Assembly: GCA_965208575.1 (NCBI GenBank)
Contig: CBDBOV010000006.1
Span: 791,808 to 855,807, forward strand
Reading direction: 5' to 3'
Length of the DNA: 64,000 nt
Source: Spirochaetia bacterium
GTDB taxonomy: Bacteria; Spirochaetota; Spirochaetia; SZUA-6; Bin103
Part shown: one piece after another, positions 16,633-24,595 of the stretch
How the letters are laid out: every line of letters starts with the position of its first letter
How positions within the stretch are numbered: position 1 is the stretch's first letter
Notes under the pieces: generated by a model
Told to the model about the DNA's origin: nothing
Seen by the model: the letters and a program-made list of their open reading frames with translations, nothing else
The model's database searches: none
Program-made: the position numbers and the translations under genes

Positions 16633-18447
16633 GTGACTATTTGCAAATGGAAGGCACTGTTCGCCGTGGCGGCGGCCGTGTTGCTGACGGCAATCGGCGC
16701 CTGGGCCACTCCCGCCGCGGAGGAAGGGTCCGACGCTGCCATGTCGCCCTCGGACATCGACACCGTTCCGGTCTATGGCGGCAATCTCACCACCGCCGAC
16801 AACACCTGGTCGAGCGTCTGGGACCCGACGGTGCTCATTCACGGCATCCAGGTGGTGCCGGCCATCTACGATCAGTTGTTCGAGTACGACATCACCCAGG
16901 GGCCACGCGGCACCGGCGAGTGGGGGTTGAACGACTTCAACTGGCAGAATCCCAACGTGATCACGTTCCAGGTCATCGAGTCCAACACGGTACTGAGCCC
17001 GACCCAGTTGCGGTGGAAGATTCGCAGGGGCATCCACTACCACGACCGGCCGCCGGCCAACGGCAGAGAGATGACCGTGGAAGACGTGCTCGTCACGTGG
17101 GAGCACGTTACCGCGGAGCCAAGATCCGGCCTGATGTACAAGGGCGACGAGCTCCTCAAGATGACCGCCGATCCGAACGACCCCTGGGCGATCAACGTCG
17201 AACTGGCGGCGCCCGACAGCCTGGGTCTGTGGGTCTATCTCACCAGTGCCCTGAACGGCGTTCTGCCGGCCGAGTGGTGGCGGGATGACTCCATCAACCG
17301 GGAGGACTGGCGCAGCCACATGGGATCGGGGCCGTTCTGGCCCATCGACGTCGTCGAGGGCAGCCACATTACCTACACCAGGAACCCCAACTACTGGCAG
17401 ACCGATCCTCTGAATCCCGGTAACCAGTTGCCGTACCTGGACACCATGCAGATCATCTCCTTCGCCGATGGCGCGGCGCGGATCGCGGCCCTGCGCAGCG
17501 GCAAGCTCGACCGCCAGGTGCAAAACGGCCTGACGCCCACGCAGATTGACGATCTGAGGCGGAGCAACCCGGAAATACGAACCAACGAGACGTGGGCCCA
17601 CGGGCAGTATGCTGCGTTGCGTGCCGACCTGGCGCCGTGGAACGACATCCGCGTGCGGCAGGCGGCGATGCTCGCCATCGACCACGAGGCGCTCCGGGAC
17701 TTCTTCACGCCGGAGCACTACCACTACCCGGGGTTCCCCGTGAAGCGGTCAGCCGGGAAGCCCCAGTACCATACCAGGGAGGAGCTGGCCGCGGTGCGTC
17801 CTGACCTCGCCCGGTTGTACGAATACCATCCCGACGAGGCCGAGCGGCTTCTCGACGAGGCCGGATACCCGCGTGGCGAGGACGGCATCCGTTTCGAGAC
17901 CACCTTCATTACCGACTCCGGGCTCGATGAGAACTACCCCGCGTATTTTGCGTACTTCGAGGACGTCGGCATCCGGGTCAACATGGACCCGATCCCGAAC
18001 GGCGGCCACTGGGGCATGATCGGCGGTGCGGACGGTCCGAACGACGAGCACTTTACCGGCTTGGCGTTTCACAATGCCGGCGGCACCAGCTTCTCGGTCC
18101 TGGCCACACACTTCTGGAACGCACCGTATCGGCCGTTCTACAGCATGGGCCGTATCCAGGGTTCTCCCGAGGCCCTCGAGGTGGAGCGATTGTTCAACGA
18201 GGTCAACCTGCTCGAGGCCAACACTCCCGAGTGGACCGACGCGCTTCTGGATCTGGTCTTCTACTGGCAGGAGCAGCTCTGGTTCCTGGACTTCGGCGCC
18301 GTCCACGAGTACATGGCATGGCAGCCGTGGGTGAAGGGAAAAGAGGGCATGAGCGGACTGCAGACCTACCAGTACCACTTCACCAAGTACTTCTGGATCG
18401 ACGCGGCCCTGAAGAAGGAGCTCAGCGGGCGCGACGCGGACGAATAG
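16633..18447 (+). CDS. ABC substrate-binding protein, family 5
   Basis: 604 aa with a GTG start 8 nt after aaggagg. Signal peptide ALFAVAAAVLLTAIGAWATPAAEE. Contains NPNYWQTDPLNPGNQLPYLD. Confidence 0.9.
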   Translation: MTICKWKALFAVAAAVLLTAIGAWATPAAEEGSDAAMSPSDIDTVPVYGGNLTTADNTWSSVWDPTVLIHGIQVVPAIYDQLFEYDITQGPRGTGEWGLNDFNWQNPNVITFQVIESNTVLSPTQLRWKIRRGIHYHDRPPANGREMTVEDVLVTWEHVTAEPRSGLMYKGDELLKMTADPNDPWAINVELAAPDSLGLWVYLTSALNGVLPAEWWRDDSINREDWRSHMGSGPFWPIDVVEGSHITYTRNPNYWQTDPLNPGNQLPYLDTMQIISFADGAARIAALRSGKLDRQVQNGLTPTQIDDLRRSNPEIRTNETWAHGQYAALRADLAPWNDIRVRQAAMLAIDHEALRDFFTPEHYHYPGFPVKRSAGKPQYHTREELAAVRPDLARLYEYHPDEAERLLDEAGYPRGEDGIRFETTFITDSGLDENYPAYFAYFEDVGIRVNMDPIPNGGHWGMIGGADGPNDEHFTGLAFHNAGGTSFSVLATHFWNAPYRPFYSMGRIQGSPEALEVERLFNEVNLLEANTPEWTDALLDLVFYWQEQLWFLDFGAVHEYMAWQPWVKGKEGMSGLQTYQYHFTKYFWIDAALKKELSGRDADE

Positions 18448-18491
18448 CGTCCCTCTCTGATCTGATCCGTCTGATCTGATCTGAGCGTTCG

Positions 18492-18525
18492 CGGGGGCTG
18501 GGCCGGCTGGTCTGGCCCCCGTTTT
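18492..18525 (+). terminator. Intercistronic hairpin plus U tract between the SBP and permease genes
   Basis: cgggggc (18492-18498) pairs with gcccccg (18515-18521), followed by tttt (18522-18525). It ends 6 nt before the oppB ATG. It is preceded by tctgatctgatc repeated twice. Confidence 0.5.
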
Positions 18526-18530
18526 CGCGC

Positions 18531-19478
18531 ATGCAAGCCTACATCCTCAGGAGACTGCTGCTGATCGTGCCGACGATGCTGATCGTCAGCCTGATCGTGT
18601 TCCTCTCGATGCGCCTCATCCCCGGGGACGTGCTCGATTACATGGTCTCCCTCAGGTACATGTCCGCGGGAGCCATGGAGGCTCTGCGCGAGCAGCTTGG
18701 CCTGAATCTGCCCGCTCACGTCCAGTACGGCCGCTGGATCTCCGGCGTCCTTCAGGGCGACTTCGGTGACACGCTGCTCACCAACCTCGCGGTCGAAGAG
18801 GTAATCATCGAGCGGCTGCCGAGGTCGCTGGAACTGGGTGCCCTATCGCTGGTGTTCGCGCTGGTGATAGCGTTGCCCGTGGGTATCTACTCCGGTCTGA
18901 AGCCGGAGTCTGCCGGTGACCAGATACTGCGCAGCGTCGCCATTGCTTTCATCTGCATTCCCAGCTTCTGGCTGGGGACGATGATTCTGGTTCTGCCGGC
19001 GGTCTGGTGGCGGTGGTCGCCGCCGATGTACTGGGTATCTTTCTGGGACAATCCGCTCGGCAATCTCGCCATGTTCATCATCCCCGCCATCGTTCTGGGA
19101 ATGTGGCTGTCCGGGGTCACCATGCGCTTGACCCGGACGATGATGCTGGAGGTTATGCGGCAGGACTATATCCGCACCGCGTGGGCAAAGGGGCTCAGGG
19201 AGCGGATGGTCGTGTTACGGCACGCGCTGAAGAATGCGCTGAACCCGGTGCTTACCACGATCGGCCTGCAGTTGCCGGTCCTGATCGGCGGCGCGGTGGT
19301 GGTGGAGCACATATTCAACATACCCGGCATCGGCTCGCTGGTGGTAAGAACGCTGGAGCAACGCGACTATCCCCTGCTGGCGGGACTGAATATGATGATG
19401 GCGGGATTCGTGTTGCTCGTGAACGTCATCGTCGACATCAGCTACGCCTGGCTCGACCCGCGGATCCAGTACAAGTGA
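18531..19478 (+). CDS. ABC permease, OppB/DppB family
   Basis: Reads MQAYILRRLLLIVPTML...RLTRTMMLEVMRQDYIRTAWAKGL...ISYAWLDPRIQYK. Confidence 0.9.
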   Translation: MQAYILRRLLLIVPTMLIVSLIVFLSMRLIPGDVLDYMVSLRYMSAGAMEALREQLGLNLPAHVQYGRWISGVLQGDFGDTLLTNLAVEEVIIERLPRSLELGALSLVFALVIALPVGIYSGLKPESAGDQILRSVAIAFICIPSFWLGTMILVLPAVWWRWSPPMYWVSFWDNPLGNLAMFIIPAIVLGMWLSGVTMRLTRTMMLEVMRQDYIRTAWAKGLRERMVVLRHALKNALNPVLTTIGLQLPVLIGGAVVVEHIFNIPGIGSLVVRTLEQRDYPLLAGLNMMMAGFVLLVNVIVDISYAWLDPRIQYK

Positions 19479-20428
19479 GCGGTTCGGCAGCTCCGAAGGC
19501 TGGTCCAAGAAAAGGGTCGCTTCGCGACCTGCTGCCGCGGCTGTTCCGGGAGAAGAAGCTTGGCGCCGTCGGGTTGATCATCGTACTGGTGTTCTTCCTG
19601 GTGGGCGTGTTTGCCGACCTGCTCGCCACCCACGACCTCAGAGACCAGAACCTCAGGCGCGCGCTCGAAGGACCATCGGCCGAGTTTCCGCTCGGCACCG
19701 ACCAATTTGGCCGCGACCTGCTCACTCGCGTCATTCACGGGGCGCGCGTCTCCATGATCGTGGGAGTGGGAGCCGTCGCCATCGGCCTGGTCATCGCGCT
19801 GTTCTTCGGCCTGTTGTCCGGTTACTGGGTCGGTACGTTCGACCTGGTCGTGCAGCGATTCGTCGATGCGTGGCTCACCTTCCCGTGGCTGTTCATCGTG
19901 CTGACCGTGATGTCGCTGCTGGGACAGGGAATGGTGCCGATGATCGTCGTCCTCGGCGCGTTCACGGGTATCGGCAACATCCGCACCGTACGGGGCGTGG
20001 TGCTGGGCACCAAGGAGCACCCGTACGTGGAGGCGGCGCGGGCGGTCGGCTGCCCCACCTGGAGGATCCTCCTCACCCACGTCCTGCCGCAGGTGTGGCC
20101 GCCGGTTATCGTGGTCTTTACCATTTCTCTGGGTGCGGTGATTCTGAGCGAGTCGACCATCAGCTTCCTCGGTTTCGGGATTCCGCCGCCGCAGCCGAGC
20201 TGGGGCGGCATGCTGAGCCTCGAAGGCCGGCGCTACATGGAGCGGGCGCCGCTGCTGGCGATCTGGCCCGGCCTGTCCCTCGCCATCGTCGTGTTCGGGA
20301 TCAACATGTTCGGCGATGCGTTGCGAGACCTGCTCGATCCCCGCCTGTCGGGTGGCACCGGCCGCATCGGGGCGGCGAACGTGAAGCAGGCCGCAGAGGC
20401 CCCCGGCAAGCACGCGAACCGTAGGTGA
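19475..20428 (+). CDS. ABC permease, OppC/DppC family
   Basis: The GTG overlaps the oppB stop (GTGA). Reads ..LGTDQFGRDLLTRVIHGARVS...SFLGFGIPPPQPSWGGMLS...NMFGDALRDLLDPRLSGG. The track ORF from 19007 is an upstream read-through artefact. Confidence 0.85.
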   Translation: MSGSAAPKAGPRKGSLRDLLPRLFREKKLGAVGLIIVLVFFLVGVFADLLATHDLRDQNLRRALEGPSAEFPLGTDQFGRDLLTRVIHGARVSMIVGVGAVAIGLVIALFFGLLSGYWVGTFDLVVQRFVDAWLTFPWLFIVLTVMSLLGQGMVPMIVVLGAFTGIGNIRTVRGVVLGTKEHPYVEAARAVGCPTWRILLTHVLPQVWPPVIVVFTISLGAVILSESTISFLGFGIPPPQPSWGGMLSLEGRRYMERAPLLAIWPGLSLAIVVFGINMFGDALRDLLDPRLSGGTGRIGAANVKQAAEAPGKHANRR

Positions 20429-20462
20429 GCGGTAGTTACAGCGGGCGCAGCATCGGGTTACA

Positions 20463-21416
20463 GTGTACGCAATGGGAGCCAGGATCAATCGCACCATCGA
20501 GCTGCTGGAGGATGGGCAGCCGATCTACTATGTGGGTGGGCACACCGGCCTTGCCGGCACCTTTCACCGGCGTCCGAAGGGCACGCTTACCGCAAGCCAC
20601 ACCCCGGTCCTGACCTACGAACAGGGCCGGACCGACGCTTCGCACTGGGCCGACTACATCAACGTCGGCTTCGAGCACGGGGCGTTCAACGTGGCGGGGC
20701 TCGACGACTACCTGCACGGCATGGTGGACGCGGGGCCGACACGCAGCGGCCACCGCACGCCGACCATCATCGTGGAGGCGCCGGTCAACGGCATCTCGCG
20801 CGCGGTGGTGGAGGCCAACGCGTGGCAGTGCCAGCAGCTCCTCGCGCGCGGCGTGCACGGCATCATCCTGTGCAAGGCCAACACGCCGGACGCGGTGGCG
20901 GCGTTCGTGGAGGCGTGCCGCTACCCGATCAACCGTCTCGGCGTCGGCACCGGCCTCGGCACCGGCATGCGCGGCATCGCCTCGGAGGACAGCGCCGGCC
21001 ACGTGTGGGGCCTGGACGCGAACGCCTACATCGAGAAGGCCGATCCGTGGCCGCTGAATCCCGACGGCGAGCTGTTCCTGGGGATCAAGATCGAGTCCAA
21101 GGCGGCGCTGCCCTACGTCGAGGAGATCATGCAGGTGCCGGGCGTCGGGTTCGCGGAGGTGGGCCCCGGCGACATGGCGCTGACGCTCGGAATCCGCTCG
21201 CTGTCCGATCCGTGGCCGCAGGAGATGGTGGAGATCGAACAGCGCGTCAAGGCGGCGTGTGAGGCGAGCGGGGTATACTTCCACCCGTTTACCGGGTATG
21301 CCGCGCCGGCCGACTTTCCCGCGTTGATCGACGCCGGGGCGCTGGTGATCACCGCCCCCGATGAAGAGATAGCCCGCGTCGGGCGCGCCCACTCGGGGCG
21401 CACGATGCCGGTATAG
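20463..21416 (+). CDS. HpcH/HpaI aldolase / citrate-lyase-beta-like family protein
   Basis: Contains ..IIVEAPVNG...GVHGIILCKANTPDAVAAFVEACRYP...LGIKIESKAALPYVEEIMQVPGVGFAEVGPGDMAL. It is a paralog-level match to 58576-59331. Start is GTG at 20463 or ATG at 20472. Confidence 0.65.
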   Translation: MYAMGARINRTIELLEDGQPIYYVGGHTGLAGTFHRRPKGTLTASHTPVLTYEQGRTDASHWADYINVGFEHGAFNVAGLDDYLHGMVDAGPTRSGHRTPTIIVEAPVNGISRAVVEANAWQCQQLLARGVHGIILCKANTPDAVAAFVEACRYPINRLGVGTGLGTGMRGIASEDSAGHVWGLDANAYIEKADPWPLNPDGELFLGIKIESKAALPYVEEIMQVPGVGFAEVGPGDMALTLGIRSLSDPWPQEMVEIEQRVKAACEASGVYFHPFTGYAAPADFPALIDAGALVITAPDEEIARVGRAHSGRTMPV

Positions 21417-21444
21417 GGTACAGTCCGAAAGAGGAGGAGAAAAC

Positions 21445-21870
21445 ATGTCCAGTTCCGGAGTCAAGTTCCATCACATTCACCTGATCAGCGAGGATCCGCA
21501 CGCCGCGGCCCGCTTTTACGAGAACATCCTCGGCGGCGCCATCACCGGCGAAGCCGACGTGATGGGGGCGCCGCAGGTCACCGTGGATCTCGGCGGCATG
21601 CTGCTGCTGATCCGCGGCCGCCGGCCGGGCGAGGCGCCGACGGGAAACAGCCAGCCGATGCAGCAGTTCGAGGGCTTCGTGAGCCACAACGGGTGGGGCA
21701 CCGACCACTTCGGCTACGCGTACGAGGGCGACCTGCTGGCATTCTGCGAGGAGATCCGCGCCAAGGGCGCCACCTTCGCCGCCGAACCGTGGGAATTCGC
21801 CCCCGGTCACCCGATCTGCTTCCTGCAGGCCCCCGACAACGTCACCATCGAGCTGATGCAGACGCAGTAG
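21445..21870 (+). CDS. VOC / glyoxalase-bleomycin resistance-dioxygenase family protein
   Basis: 141 aa with a strong RBS (agaggaggag). Reads FHHIHLISEDPHAAARFYENILG...DHFGYAYEGDLLAFCEEIRAKGATF. Confidence 0.75.
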   Translation: MSSSGVKFHHIHLISEDPHAAARFYENILGGAITGEADVMGAPQVTVDLGGMLLLIRGRRPGEAPTGNSQPMQQFEGFVSHNGWGTDHFGYAYEGDLLAFCEEIRAKGATFAAEPWEFAPGHPICFLQAPDNVTIELMQTQ

Positions 21871-21960
21871 CGCCCCGAACCCGCCGCCTGCGGCGACGCT
21901 TCCGGCCCAACCGGCCTACCGCCGGTCCTCCGGCGGGGGCCGGCCGCGGAGGTGGCACGG

Positions 21961-23721
21961 TCACCGCTGCACGGCGTCGGAGTACACCATCTCCCAGCCG
22001 TGGAACACCACGATCAGGCCGATGAAGCGCACCCCCGGATACTGCCGCGCCAACCGCTCGTCCGCCAGGTAGCGCAGGAGTTGCGCCCGCGCCTCCTCGG
22101 CCGCCGTCGTCACCGCGGCCTGATCCGCGGACTCGGAACGCGCGCGATACTTGAGTTCGATCAGGTAGCCGCGCTGCAGGTGTGGATAGCGAGCCACCAG
22201 CGGTTCCAGCGCGATGTCGGCGTGCCCCTTGCCCAGCTCCACCTCGGAGCGGAACACGTAGTAGTCCGCCACGCTCAGGTAGGCGGCCAGGAACCCCTGT
22301 ATTACCTTCTCGCCGCCGATGTAGTCGCGGATCCCGGTCTGCCGCGCGACCGCCTCGCTCAGGAACTCCAGCACCGGCCGCCACTCGCCCTCGGTGGCCA
22401 TCCGCAACATCAACTGCTCGAACCGGAACAGGTTGATCGAAAACACCTCCACGTCGCGGTAAGCGTCGCGCAGGAAGCCGTACATCAGCCGCTTCACGGT
22501 CTGGTTCGGAATCGCCAGCCGCGGCATCATGCCCTGCACGTCGCGGATGCTCAGCAGCCCGAAGTAGTGCATCAAGGACAGGAAGTTCTCCGGCTCGGAG
22601 AGCTCCGCCAGCGGAAAGCCGGGCGTGATGCGGGTGTCCACCTGCTCCTCGCCGATGACGTCGCGCAGCAGGTCGAAGTTGCCGTTCAGTTGCCGGCCGG
22701 TCACCAGCAGGTGGCGCAGCTTGCCGTAGTCGATGCGCACGTTGGTGTCGATCAGGTACTCCGGCACGTCACGGTTGGGCATGGAGTGCTTCAGGTAATA
22801 GAGCACCATGTCGGAGTTGTACAGATCGGTGTCGGCGGTCGTGGCGAACCGGTAGCCATTGTACCACTGGCCCATGATGCCCATGGCGGTAGCGACCTCC
22901 TGGTTGAACACGCCCAAGTCCCGATAGGTCTCGACCAATTGTCGCACCTCCGGCTCGGTGAAGCCGACCATCTCGTTGAAGTCCGGTTCCAGGCTGATGT
23001 TGGTGCCGATGTTGAAGCCGCTGGTCACGTCGTCCATGGTGACCGGCGACACGCCGGTGATGAACAGGCGCTCCAGGCCGCCGCCGGTGCGCCCCGCCCC
23101 GGACTTCAGGGTGGCGAAGAAGTTGCGGTAGAAGCCGCCGCCGCCGTGGGTGAAGGAGTGGAACGCCTCCGCGCCGTGGTACGCGAGCACGGTGTTGGCG
23201 AAGTTGTCGTACTCGTCGATGATCACGTACAGTGGGATGTCGTGGTCGCCCGCGTAGCGGAACAGCTCTGCCAGCTTGCCGGCGATGGAGGGCGGCGCCA
23301 GGATGTCCCGCATCGCCGTTTCGGGAAACAGGTCGGGATGACGCCGCAGTGTCCCGCGGAGTTCTATCAGACAGTAGGTTTCGAACTCTCGCTCCAGGGT
23401 GTCGAGCGCGTCGTTGACGTTTGAAAAGTCGAAGCGCAGGGTGACGTAGCGGCTCTGTTCCCCGGTCGGATGCTGCCCGATGTCTGTGCCGGCGAAAGTG
23501 GCGTCGAAGCCGTCCGCCCAGAAGCGGTCGTAGTAGTTCTCCAAGACCGACGCCCAGAGGGACTTGCCGAACCGGCGTGGACGGATCAGGAAGGCGTAGC
23601 GCTCCTCCTCCAGGCGGCGCAGGAAGGGGGTCTTGTCGACATACAGCCACCGGTTCAGGCGGATACGCCTGAAGTCGGCCTCGCCGTAGGGAATGCGCGG
23701 GTGCGTGGGTGGCGTGCTCAC
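21961..23721 (-). CDS. AAA-ATPase_like + PD-(D/E)XK (PDDEXK_9) family protein
   Basis: 586 aa with a GTG start. N-terminus reads IPYGEADFRRIRLNRWLYVDKTPFLRRLEEERYAFLIRPRRFGKSLW. The C-terminal nuclease motif is SEVELGKGHADIAL...YLIELKY. Confidence 0.8.
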   Translation of the reverse strand: MSTPPTHPRIPYGEADFRRIRLNRWLYVDKTPFLRRLEEERYAFLIRPRRFGKSLWASVLENYYDRFWADGFDATFAGTDIGQHPTGEQSRYVTLRFDFSNVNDALDTLEREFETYCLIELRGTLRRHPDLFPETAMRDILAPPSIAGKLAELFRYAGDHDIPLYVIIDEYDNFANTVLAYHGAEAFHSFTHGGGGFYRNFFATLKSGAGRTGGGLERLFITGVSPVTMDDVTSGFNIGTNISLEPDFNEMVGFTEPEVRQLVETYRDLGVFNQEVATAMGIMGQWYNGYRFATTADTDLYNSDMVLYYLKHSMPNRDVPEYLIDTNVRIDYGKLRHLLVTGRQLNGNFDLLRDVIGEEQVDTRITPGFPLAELSEPENFLSLMHYFGLLSIRDVQGMMPRLAIPNQTVKRLMYGFLRDAYRDVEVFSINLFRFEQLMLRMATEGEWRPVLEFLSEAVARQTGIRDYIGGEKVIQGFLAAYLSVADYYVFRSEVELGKGHADIALEPLVARYPHLQRGYLIELKYRARSESADQAAVTTAAEEARAQLLRYLADERLARQYPGVRFIGLIVVFHGWEMVYSDAVQR

Positions 23722-23844
23722 TACCGTACCGTACTGACTCTATCGCCTCCAAGGTGCGACGCGCAATCGAGCCGCCAAGGGCGGCACGGTCACTCTGCGA
23801 AACGGACGACGACGGCCGGTCGGTTGCGTCCGCCGAGTCCGCGC

Positions 23845-23990
23845 GCGCTTGACACCTCCAGGCGCGCGTGAAACGATGACTACGTCAAGGATTGAACGGA
23901 TGTGGATCATGAGTCATCACGACCGACTGCATAGTAACCGGTCGGCAGTGACGCAGCCGGCGCATCCCCCCCCCCCCCCCCCCCCCGGGT
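23845..23990 (+). repeat. Poly-G-box repeat element, copy 3 (inverted; 21-nt C run at 23966-23986), with plus-strand promoter-like motif
   Basis: TTGACA (23849-23854), 17-nt spacer, tgaAACGAT (-10 at 23872-23877). It then reads ..gactcatcacgaccgactgcatagtaaccggtcggcagtgacgcagccggcgcat-C21. This is the reverse complement of the block order in copies 1 and 2. Confidence 0.6.
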
Positions 23991-24010
23991 CGGGCGGACA
24001 ACTACTTGAA

Positions 24011-24310
24011 TCACAAGCAATAATCGCTCAGGCTGAGCGCTCTGCGGCCTTCGTCTTCAGCTTCCGCGTAGCGGCCCGCTACCTGTTGTGCCGCCTCAGT
24101 CCACGTTCGCTCACCGGCCGCGGCAACGGTCAGGGACCCCCGTCCGCTGAACCGCGGCATCTTTTCCCGTCGCGCTGCTCGAAATTCCTCAAATGCGCGC
24201 TCCAACGCACTCGACCCGCCCTCCGGGCGCAGTGTCCGAGCCGCGTCCTGGTGGCGTGGATTCTCCACCGCCCGGCTACTCAAGGAACGCGTGGCCGAAC
24301 ATACCCCCAT
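24011..24310 (-). CDS. Hypothetical 99-aa ORF in the long SBP upstream region
   Basis: ORF only, with no recognisable motif and moderate GC3. It may be spurious. Confidence 0.15.
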   Translation of the reverse strand: MGVCSATRSLSSRAVENPRHQDAARTLRPEGGSSALERAFEEFRAARREKMPRFSGRGSLTVAAAGERTWTEAAQQVAGRYAEAEDEGRRALSLSDYCL

Positions 24311-24435
24311 CTACGCCTCACCGCTTCTACGCAGGCTACGCTGCCTGACTCCGGGACCTCATGGGTCGCGAGCAAACACCCTGCCGGCGTTCCCGGCGCA
24401 CGCGAGGTGCGAGTCATACTCAAAGAACCACTCCC

Positions 24436-24595
24436 GCGCGCGGCGTGAGCCCGGGTGAACCCGGTGAGTCACACGCCGCGCGCTTCAGGAAGTTGACTCT
24501 TATCTGGCTGGCCGCCTGCGTTGCGGGCGCGAGAGTAGCCACGGAGCGACAAGTCGCTCCCCAATACTCTCAACATTCCATCGAAGGAAGACACG
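24436..24595 (+). promoter_or_regulatory. Conserved structured 5-prime leader (copy X) of the SBP gene
   Basis: It has a 12-bp stem gcgcgcggcgtg/cacgccgcgcgc (24436-24447 / 24472-24483). The hairpin cgcctgc-gtt-gcgggcg (24513-24529) has a U-G wobble where copy Y has C-G. The stem gagagta/tactctc (24531-24537 / 24565-24571) encloses ggagcgac-aa-gtcgctcc. Confidence 0.55.

Noticed and set aside
18455-18480. Short direct repeats that might hint at a CRISPR or tandem array: tctgatctgatc x2 at 18455-18480, gcgcggcg x3 at 16521-16545, a 15-mer x2 at 42287-42316
   Set aside because: Each has only two or three units, with no spacer-repeat periodicity of CRISPR size and no cas genes. The 15-mer lies in the N-terminal coding region of the RCC1 gene ([11 protein letters not shown]). 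They look like simple slippage duplications.
19007-20428. Track ORFs that merge two genes or extend far upstream (19007-20428, 35399-37312, 54726-56486, 42436-44379, 44022-45200, 57886-59331)
   Set aside because: The upstream parts overlap the preceding gene in another frame and have no family similarity. Internal starts coupled to the upstream stop (GTGA, TGATG) or preceded by an RBS give proteins that align with paralogs from residue 1.
23849-24448. 199-aa plus-strand ORF spanning the poly-C tract (contains PPPPPPP from the C run)
   Set aside because: Its composition is typical of a non-coding read-through, the homopolymer would make the frame unstable, and it has no motifs. I treat the region as a long leader or repeat instead.
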